Source of the DNA: a virus
Taxonomy: Duplodnaviria; Caudoviricetes
Direction: 5' to 3' (one strand)
DNA length: 59,911 nt
Virus record (IMG/VR): IMGVR_UViG_3300040971_000369
Location: 1-59,911 of that record
The position numbers and the translations under genes were made by a program. The notes beneath the pieces were generated by a model. The model was not told the origin of the DNA. It searched no databases and saw only the letters and a list, made by a program, of their open reading frames with translations. Of the stretch, positions 19,726 to 28,800 are shown in pieces. The number at the start of each line of letters is the position of its first letter. Position 1 is the stretch's first letter.

Positions 19726-21312
19726 TTAGCACGACAGTGCCATTTCAAGTTTTTTTAATAAGACAGTCGCAATTACTATTCTTATTCTTAACTTATTTTT
19801 TTCAATACCAGGCATTTTCTTGCGCAAATGAATGTCATATTTTGAAAATTGCGAAGCAGGAAAGAATGACTCTAATAAATTACTTAAGTGGTGAATTGAA
19901 TCTGGATACTCTTTATTGTCATGTATATACTTGTGCAATTCATGGGCGTTTTCAAATTTTAAATTTTCAAATTCTATAATTAATTCATTAAATTTTGACA
20001 ATAACATATTGTTATCATCAAGATTTTTAATAGACTCTTGCGCCATTATCATTGCGTCATTCAAAGTATAATGTAGAATTTTATGATCATTTTTCCCCTC
20101 ACCAAGATGCAAACATGATCTCCAAATTGTTTCTGGATAATTACTGCTTACAATTTCAATCCTCGTACCTCTGACTTCCTTATGAGGAATTCTGATGATT
20201 CTGCTAGATGAATAATTTGTTTTGCGAATTGATCTTTTTCTTGCTTGCGGCGGGTCAAATGTTGCTACATTATTAATAATAAACGGACAGCATTGTTCAT
20301 TTGTCTCTGCGAGCATTATTCCATTTGCAATATGCCAAGTAAGTATCGGAGGTACAGCATTTCCAGCTTGTTTATATCTTGAGTTTACAGTTTTCCCTCC
20401 AAATTGAAAATTTATAGGAAATGTTTGCAACGTTGCGCACTCTCTGATTGTTGCTCTTCTATAATTTATGTTTTTAGACTTAATAACAAGAGTTTCTCTT
20501 CCCATTTGCAGAGAAACAACTGTTCTTGCTGGTTTATCTAAATCGTCTGGAAAATCCATTTTTCCCATATACGGATGATTTTGTTTCACCTGCGCTATCT
20601 GTCTCGCCTCTTGATCTGTAATAACTGTATCCATGAAATGATCAGTTAGTTCTGTCTCTAATATTTCTATCGAATAATTTGGATCTTTCACCACTTTTGA
20701 TTGAGGAACTCCCAATGGGTCTGGAAATGAATTTATAATTTCACCAAGTGTTTTTGCAGATTTCGCAAAGTTTTTTAATAAAGAAGATTTATAGGATTTT
20801 GCGTGTGTCGGTTCAGCTATTGGGTATTTTCCAATTAGCAGACGCTTACGTTTTTGAGGAGCACCGTATAATGAAATATCAAATTCTTTTTTATTCGGAA
20901 TATCTAAAAATCCTTCTCTGTCTATACCTATCCATTTTAATGGAATTCGTTCTGGTAAGTGGAGACCTATTCTTGGAACATTTTCCATAATCCAATATTT
21001 TGGTTTTTTTATATATACTATTTTTAAAAAAAATTGAACTAGCTTTAGCCCATCTAAAACATTTGCGCGAGATCCTTTTGATGTTGAAAAATTAACACAT
21101 GGAGGACCGCCAACAATAATATCGCTGCTTGGTATAGAATCTATTTCTACATTCTCTATATTACTACAACATATTTTAGCAGTAGGAAAGTTACGTTCGA
21201 AAGTTTCGATTGAATCTTTGTTATTATCGAGTCCATAGATAATTTTAAATCCAGCCATTTGAAAACCAAGACTAATGCCGCCGCAACCACAAAATAAATC
21301 GATAACAGTCAA
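19726..21312 (-). CDS. DNA (cytosine-5)-methyltransferase
   Basis: DLFCGCGG (motif I), GGPPC (IV), MENV (VI), QKRKR (VIII), ECATLQTFP (IX), QAGNAVP (X). TTG start with AGGGGA SD. Confidence 0.95.
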   Translation of the reverse strand: MTVIDLFCGCGGISLGFQMAGFKIIYGLDNNKDSIETFERNFPTAKICCSNIENVEIDSIPSSDIIVGGPPCVNFSTSKGSRANVLDGLKLVQFFLKIVYIKKPKYWIMENVPRIGLHLPERIPLKWIGIDREGFLDIPNKKEFDISLYGAPQKRKRLLIGKYPIAEPTHAKSYKSSLLKNFAKSAKTLGEIINSFPDPLGVPQSKVVKDPNYSIEILETELTDHFMDTVITDQEARQIAQVKQNHPYMGKMDFPDDLDKPARTVVSLQMGRETLVIKSKNINYRRATIRECATLQTFPINFQFGGKTVNSRYKQAGNAVPPILTWHIANGIMLAETNEQCCPFIINNVATFDPPQARKRSIRKTNYSSSRIIRIPHKEVRGTRIEIVSSNYPETIWRSCLHLGEGKNDHKILHYTLNDAMIMAQESIKNLDDNNMLLSKFNELIIEFENLKFENAHELHKYIHDNKEYPDSIHHLSNLLESFFPASQFSKYDIHLRKKMPGIEKNKLRIRIVIATVLLKKLEMALSC

Positions 21313-21329
21313 TTTTAAATCCCCTTGTC

Positions 21330-21339
21330 GACTATAGTC
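21330..21339. promoter_or_regulatory. C-box-like palindrome GACTATAGTC upstream of the methyltransferase
   Basis: Resembles GACT-N-AGTC controller-protein sites; lies between the divergent M and C-R genes. Confidence 0.55.
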
Positions 21340-21411
21340 CGTTGAAATCCATGCCCAGACATGATGACTAAAGGCAACATTTAGCAGTGTCAACATGCAA
21401 GGACTTCGAAT

Positions 21412-21618
21412 ATGACAGAAATTGGTAAAGTTATCCGGAAACATCGGAAAAATCTCGATTTGAGCCAGTCTCAATTAGCAGATTTGTCTGGACTTGATCG
21501 TACATATATTTCTTTGCTCGAATGCGACAAAAAAAGTCCAACTGTCGAAACACTCGCCAAAATCTCGCAAGCGTTAAGTGTCAAGTTGTCAGAAATATTG
21601 TCTGAGGCTGGCCTATGA
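21412..21618 (+). CDS. R-M controller (C) protein, XRE HTH
   Basis: LSQSQLADLSGLDRTYISLLE..KKSPTVETL; overlaps the REase start (ATGA). Confidence 0.9.
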   Translation: MTEIGKVIRKHRKNLDLSQSQLADLSGLDRTYISLLECDKKSPTVETLAKISQALSVKLSEILSEAGL

Positions 21619-22493
21619 TTCTCTACTGGAAAGATGAAGAGATAAAAGATATTGGGACAATTCCAACTGTATGCGACACTGTTACTCAAGCTCTAAAACA
21701 TGAAATAGAGCAATCGTTTTCAATTTTTTTAGATAATCCATTTATTATCAATGACACAGCATGGTTTGAGTATACAGAAGGGAAAATAAAACCTAGAGTT
21801 ACAAACTGCGCAGAATATATTTCAAAAAAATTTCAAAAAGGCTTGGAACATTTTGAATGGTTCAGTGATTATAAATTAAAAAATCAAGAAATTGATGGCT
21901 ATAAAGAATTTATTTTTCCAAATATTACAGTCCATACAATCTCTGAAGCAAATCTCCGTAACTTACTACTAGCCATGCCATTTGATGAGAATTTCAAGAA
22001 AGCTATTAGTCTATTATATTCATGTAATTTTGAGAAACAAAAATATTTAGCTCCAGCAGGATTCGATCTGCAATTATTTGATCAATCACAAATCTTAACA
22101 CCTATACGTGTCGGACTGGAGTTTGAGACAGGTAATATTGCAAGTTCATTCCGCGCGCTGTCAAAATTGAATTTTCTTTTTGAAGAAAATCAAATCGATC
22201 TTGGTATATTTATTACATCAGATTCAAAAAAAGTTTCTACAAGGATTTGGCCTTCTTCTAACAGAAATGGAAGTCTACAAGAGTTAAGGCAACGAATGTT
22301 TTTAAAAGATGTACGATTGCCAATTTTAATCTGTGGTTTCGCGCCAGATGGTTGGGATATGAAATCATCATATTTAGGAAATAAAGAGCGATACCAAATT
22401 GAAACAGATCGAGAAGAAATTTTAAATTTACAAAATGGCCAATCAATAAAGATGGCTTATTCTTCTCAAAAAAAATTATATAAAAAATTGTAA
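21615..22493 (+). CDS. Type II restriction endonuclease, BamHI-family-like
   Basis: VGLEFETGNIASSFRALSKL resembles BamHI EFETGNISSAHRSMNKL; upstream EIDG and downstream RNGSLQEL. Confidence 0.75.
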   Translation: MILYWKDEEIKDIGTIPTVCDTVTQALKHEIEQSFSIFLDNPFIINDTAWFEYTEGKIKPRVTNCAEYISKKFQKGLEHFEWFSDYKLKNQEIDGYKEFIFPNITVHTISEANLRNLLLAMPFDENFKKAISLLYSCNFEKQKYLAPAGFDLQLFDQSQILTPIRVGLEFETGNIASSFRALSKLNFLFEENQIDLGIFITSDSKKVSTRIWPSSNRNGSLQELRQRMFLKDVRLPILICGFAPDGWDMKSSYLGNKERYQIETDREEILNLQNGQSIKMAYSSQKKLYKKL

Positions 22494-22529
22494 CATATAT
22501 TCTAAGTTTTCTAAATATCACCCCCCCCC

Positions 22530-22856
22530 TCACAACGCACAATAATTAAACCCCACCTTCGGCAACGCCCTCCCCTGCCCCCTCTTCTGCTCCGTGGCCG
22601 GCGGCAGCAAATTGTCCGGCACTCCGGCTGCCAATAACTTCCTGCGCATCTCACCAGGCAGCGGGTCTGTGCAGGCGATCAGGCATTTGCCTGGGAAGGT
22701 GCGGTGTACGCCCATGACCTTGGCCACGTCTGTTGTCAGATCCCAGCCCCTGTCCTTGAACCAGCGCAGCAGGCGCTTTTCGCGCGTCAGCTTCTTTTCG
22801 TCCACGCCCATTCCGGGCAGCCCTTTCTGCATGGTCAAAATGCCCTTCCGTTCCAC
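22530..22856 (-). CDS. Small HTH regulator, paralogue of 4004-4219
   Basis: DVAKVMGVHRT HTH; RRKLLAAGVPDNLLP compared with REKLVSAGIPAELLP. Confidence 0.65.
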   Translation of the reverse strand: MERKGILTMQKGLPGMGVDEKKLTREKRLLRWFKDRGWDLTTDVAKVMGVHRTFPGKCLIACTDPLPGEMRRKLLAAGVPDNLLPPATEQKRGQGRALPKVGFNYCAL

Positions 22857-22882
22857 GGCGGCCTCCCCTTCCGGACAGAATT

Positions 22883-25800
22883 CTATCCAGCCTTGCGATA
22901 TTTTTCGACAAATGTACGCTTCAGCTTTTCGATATTCTCATCAAGGGTGTCAACGCTCGTGGAGCGTTTGTTTTTGTCCAGCACATAGGCCTCCTGCAGG
23001 CGTTTGCCCGTGTCGAACTGTCCCAGCGCCTCACGTACCCGCGAGTACGCCGGATACAGCCGCAGCAGCTTCTCGTTGTCGCGGCGGAATGTTCTGGCCT
23101 CTTTTATGTCATCGGCGCGCTCTTTGCGCAGGGCCGCGGCGGCCGCCGGGTCTTCTTTGTCCAGGGCCAGCAGCGCGGCCCGCAGCTCGCCCAGCTCGCG
23201 GGCGCGCTTGACCACGCGGTTCAGTTCCAGTGCCGCCGCCTCGTATTCCTTGCCCAGCACGTCGGGCTTGCGGGCCGCGCTCATGTGCGCGCCTGCTGAA
23301 GCAAGAAGCGCGGTCAGGCCGTCTTCCTCTCCCTGCAGGTACTTGAGCAGATAGCCCACCTGAATGGGCTGCAGATCGCGCAGCTGTGCCGTCAGGATGG
23401 ACGGCAGGGCGCTGAAGAACAGTTCCTTGGGTTCGTACCGCGTATTTTTGACCGTCCGGCCTGTGGTGGCCAATTCCTTCACGCCCGTGAACGGCCGCTC
23501 GCGGTAGTCGGTCTTGGTGCCCAAAGCGCCCACGATCCGCATCAGCGGCGAGAGCTTGCCCTTGATCAGACTTGCAGGGTCCAAGATGCGCAGGAAGTCG
23601 GCGAAATGCCCAATCACGGAAAACACCTTGCGTTCACCCTTGGGCAGATCCATGCCAAGCCGCTCGTAGATCGGCGTCACGTCCACGCCCGTCCACTTCA
23701 TGCGCCGCAGCGTGTCCCAGTCTGCAAACTGATCCCTGTAGAGATCATACCAATGGTCGTCGTCATCACCAAGCAGGGCCGACACCAGCACCTGCAGGGC
23801 CAGCGTGTGCAGCGCCCCGACCACGATGATCCGCGCCCAGAAGCGTCGATACACCTTGTCCATGCCGGGAGGCGCGGGCACCTCGTGCATCATCCGCGCG
23901 ACGGCGTCGTTCAGCCCGGGCACCATGCCCGTGATCGTGCGCCAGTTCGATTCGGTCCAGTCCGGAGCGAGCAGCAGGAGCCGCAGCCCCGCCTGCACGC
24001 CGGGATGCCTGCCCATGCGCGCCAGGTGCAGACCGCCAAAATCGTCATTGACCAGACGCGCCACCCGCTCGGCCACCAGATCCGGATTGGGCACCCGCCC
24101 TTCCCGGTTCGCTTCGCGGATCTCGGCATCGAGCTGATGCCCATATTCCAGCACGGCGGCCTCGGCCTTGAGCCCGGCAAAATAGCGTTTGAAGAGCGCG
24201 TTGGCCGCCCGTTCGCGGAAGAACCGCCCGCCCCGCACGGCCGCAACGACCTTTTCCGCACCCGGCATGCGGCCGGACAGGTGCGTAAACAGCCGGTCCG
24301 TGATGCCGCGATGCTCAGACGCCGCGCCCTCGGACCAATCAGCCAGTTCGCCCACGGTCAGCCCGTGCCTGATGAGCTGGCGCAGCACGGCGTGATTGGT
24401 CCGGATCTTCTCCAGGCCACGCTTGTGGGCCGATACGGGGTTGATGGCGCTGGCCATTTTCTGCACGGCCCCGGACACGTCGCCCTTGCGCAGCGCTTCC
24501 AGCGCGCCCTGGTTCACGCCAAAGGCCCACGAGCGCGCGCCGGCCAGATGGTGGAAAAAGCTGGTCATCAGAATCCAGCCCTTGGCCGCGTTGTTGAAGG
24601 CCAGAATGGCACGCGGCAAGGGGGCCTTCCACGGGCTGTCCCCGTCCATGGCGCGGGTCATCCTGTTGATGAGGTCCGCCACCTTTTCCGGCGCGTACAG
24701 CGGCACCTTCTCGAAAATATCCACCTCCTGCCGGAACTCCACCCACGCGCCGGGGCTGCCCTGCTCGCGTAGCTCCTCGGCGTAGGCTCGGGCGTCGCGC
24801 TCGTTGTCAAACAGCGTGTCGGCCCGGCGCGCGCCCTTGTCAGCATACACGGCCCAATACCTGTTCGGCACAGACACGTACATCTTGCGACCCTGGCCGT
24901 CGGTACCCAGGAGCCCATACATGTCGCGCATGCGGATCTTGACCCCGGCCTTGCGCACCCAGACATGAAAACCCTTGCCCTGCAGCTCGACGTAGCCCTT
25001 CTGGGCCCGGGCCGACAGCACGCCCTGGGCGCGGCCTTCCTGGATGAACTGCTTGCCCGCCACGATTTGGCCGATCTCTCCGGCAATGGCCGCCCAGCTG
25101 GACGTGATGCCCTTGATCTGCAGGTCATAGCCCTTCATCCAGCCGTCGAAGATGGTTTCGAGCGTGCGGGCCTTGCTTGCCGTGGTGAAGGTCTTGAAGG
25201 CGTGGCCGGCGCCGGAGAAGACGGCCTTGTCGCCATCCTGCGGGCGGTTCCACAGGCGGCGCACGTAGTTGTCCAGCAGCGTGTTGACCACGCCCGCGTT
25301 TTTGGCCTGGGCGCCCACGGTCTCGAAAGCGCTGTTCATGGTTTCGTCCACGAAGTGCTTCTGCTCAATCGTCAGGTTCTCGGCCGCCTCCAGGATACGG
25401 AGCTGATCTTGAATGCGCAGCAGCGCAGCGCCCTTGATCTTTTTGACTTCAAGCTGCTCGCGGGCCCAGTCTTTGAACTCCTGAACCTTGGCGGGGTTGA
25501 TCTGCATTTCCCGATGCACGAGCATGGCCGCGTCCAGCAGGCGGGAGCGGGAGGAATCCTTGAGCTCTTTTTCTGAGGAGAAGACATTTAGGGGGTTGTA
25601 TTTCCACTTTTTGGAGTTTGCCAGGCGCTGCACGGCGCGCTGCATTTCCGTGGCGGCCACCTTTACCTGGTGTTGCACCTGGTCGCGGCCCTCGTGGATC
25701 TTATTGGCGAAGGTGCGGTTTGCCTCCAGTTCGGCCGCGATCTGCTCAGGCGTCATGGGCGTGGCCATGCCGGCCACGGTCTGGGATACTTGGGTAGCGA

Positions 25801-28800
25801 CGCGGAAAAAACGGGTATTGTCACCCTCGCCGAAGGTTTCTAATGATTCGTCCGAAGAACCGCTTTGGCCCGAGATTGCGCTAGGGGTCGCCGAAAGGCG
25901 ATGATTGGTCGGTGCCCTTTCCCAAAGCGGTTCCTTCAAAGCTCCGGTATCTGCGCCAGTTTGCATCCCCGCTTCGGCGGCATCTGCCCTGGTCTTGAAC
26001 GCAGATTCCCGGGGCTTTGTTTTTTTCCCGCCCCGGCTGAACCGAATGTCGTCGTTTGCGGCGTCAAAGCTTCCGGCGTTTCCTGTGACGGACTTCACCT
26101 GCTCCGGGTAAAATGCCACCAACTCAATCGTGCCGTCGGGAAAATCCAGCACCACGCCGTCAAAGCCCTGGTCTTTGAGGCGCTGCGTCCAGCGTGCTAT
26201 AGTCCCCTTGCTCAATCTTCTGAGCTTCTGCTTTCTCTTTAAGTTTGCGAAATAGGGGTTTCGGACAGCGACATACAGGGGCATCACCGCTTGGTTTTTG
26301 AACCTACCTTTCAGGTTCGCGTACGTTTCGGCGATGCGGACGTCGCTTATGAGGTACACCCCCCGGCCCAGCCAGCCGTTGTCCTTTCTGTTCGGATGGT
26401 CCAGGTCGAAGGCGTCTATGGCTTCTGCCGTTCCGTGAAAAAATACTCTGGGTCGTCCCCGGTCATCGAGGCCAACTTCTCTTCCTCTTCGTCCGTCAGC
26501 GGAATCAAATCCACCACCGCGTCGATTTCCTCCTGAGTATGCGCCTGCATCAGCTTTTCCAGCCACTCTTCCTCGTTGAAATCCATCGAACCACCTCCAA
26601 AAATTAACAATCCCGGCCGCACTTCCATGGATGGGCCTGCCCTCGCTGTTTACGGCCGGCCGCTCGATTCCGTCAATACTGATACTTTTTCGGCCTCTCC
26701 CCCGGGACAAGTACGTATTGTCATCCTCATCGGTCGCGCTTATGTTCCCTTCAGAACTGCTTTGGCCCGAGAACGCGTCAGGGGTTGCCGCAAGGCGATG
26801 ATTGGTCTGCGCCCTTTCCCAAAGCAGTTTTTTCTTTTGACGCCCGCCCAGCTCGTTCACAAAATACTCAAGACGCATTGGGCTGGCGGAAACCACTCTC
26901 CAGAAATTTCCGGCCGGATCGAACTCCATCTTGACTGTCGCAGTTTTCCACGTTTTCACACCACGCACCACCAGCAGCACAGAACGCGCGTGCCCCTGAT
27001 ACGCCGCGTCAAAGTTCTCGACGACATGCATCACGAAGTCACGCACGGAAGAAAAGCCCATCCGCTCAATCTCCCTTTGGTGCCGCTCGATGATATGAGT
27101 CATGTCTCCAGGCCCCAGCCGGATCGGCCCGGCCTGCCATCCTATGGCGGCGGCGATCTCCTCAGTGATCATGCCTATGTCCGCCGGGTTCCGGCTCATC
27201 TTCGCCCCGCCCCCATCCACGGCCCGGACCCCCTTGCCCTCAACCGTAGCCCGACGCGCCCGTACGATCAGATCCAGGACATCCGCATCGGTCATTTTCA
27301 GGCCCGGAAACACCCGGCGCAGCGCACGGCGCACTGCGGCCACAAACCTATCCAGCGCCCGGGCGCGAACGCCCGTTTCCGCCCAGTGCGCCAGCACCTC
27401 CTCCACGGCCTCGCGGCGCTGGTCCAGGTTGGACAGATCCAGTTTGTAACCGCTGGCGATCTCCCCGGCCGCATCGCGGACCTTGGCGTTCTCCCAGGCC
27501 AGATCCAGGGCGCGGTTCAGTTCCGCCTTGCGCATGATCAGCCGCAAGCCATGGTGCCCGGTTCCCTCGTGCAGCAGTGTGCGCCGCACGTGGTCCACGT
27601 CGGCCATGCGGTCGGCGATGATGTACACGGTACCGTTGTGATAAACGGCCTGCACGTCACCCTCGGCCCCGGCCTTGCGTACCGCGCCCAGGATCTTCGC
27701 GGGCAGATCCCGCACGGACTGCACCACATTCACCACCGGAGCCTTGGCCCAATTCCCGGCCACGGTGTCCACCACGCCTTGCACGTCGGCCGCGGGCATG
27801 CCCTTGGCAGTGGGTCTGTCGGCGCGGGAGAAAAACACGTCCACATAGCCGTGCACATCGTAACCATTGCCCCGGAACGACTGTAAATTCCCTGCCGCAT
27901 CCTGGTACAGCACATCCAGCACGCGCACGTTCGCGGCCCGCGCCAGGGCCGCAACATTGTGCCACGCCTTCGTATCGAAAATGCCGGGGATTATACCCAG
28001 AACGCCGTTGGCATTGGCGCGGTGCAGGGCCTTCAAGATATTTCCCAGCCCGTTCCCGCGCAGTGTGGCCATATCCTGCGGCGACATGGGCACAAAACCC
28101 ACCACGACATTCTGTGTATTGAGCAGCACTATGCCGGAGTCCGCGCCGCCGGTGATTGTCTTGCTATGCTCAATGAGCACATCCGGATCGCTCAGCCGGA
28201 TAACGCGCTCGGGTTCGTACACGCCGGAGAAAACGCGCACCTGCACAGGAACGCGCTTACCCTTCCCGTTGGATACTGGGATCGGGATATTGCCACCCAG
28301 TTCATTGGCAAAGCTGTTTGACGTGACCGCGAGCATACCCAGCATTTCCACGCCGCTACCCGTGAACAGGTCTCGAAAGACGTTGGCAAGAACCATGTCG
28401 GCATCTGGGGAAAGCTCGGCTTTTTCGCCTGGATGGTTGTGCGCCAGATAGACGTACCTGGCCCCGGGCACATCGAGCACGGAGCCAGCCAGAATCGAAG
28501 ATTCGGCCACGGTTGAGGAGGTAGCTCCCTTGGAGTGGTGAAGAATCACCAGGGGCTTGTTTTTGGCGTCCAGCACCAGGGCAACCATGTTTTCCTGGGG
28601 CTGTTCGGCCAGACTCGCCACGGCGACAGCCGCGTCAAGATCGGACTCTATTCTTGCGGGGACTTCTTGCTCTCCAGCTGTTTTAAGCAGGACCGAACGT
28701 ACTCCTGGGAGGCGTCCAGCGCTTCCTGGCTCGGCTCCGGAATCAGAATCCGCTCCTCGCCTTCCGGATATGTCACCTTCACGCTCGTTTTCCGGCTCGG

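Larger units (their letters stand above)
4800..22500. mobile_element. AT-rich accessory/defence cargo island within the integrated element
   Basis: Abrupt drop in GC relative to the flanking phage genes; nucleases, HEPN-like genes, R-M and cassette remnants. Confidence 0.8.

Noticed and set aside
25854-26833. Known self-cleaving ribozyme identity for the duplicated RNA
   Set aside because: I could not match hammerhead (CUGANGA/GAAA core), HDV, twister or pistol consensus by eye; needs an Rfam search.
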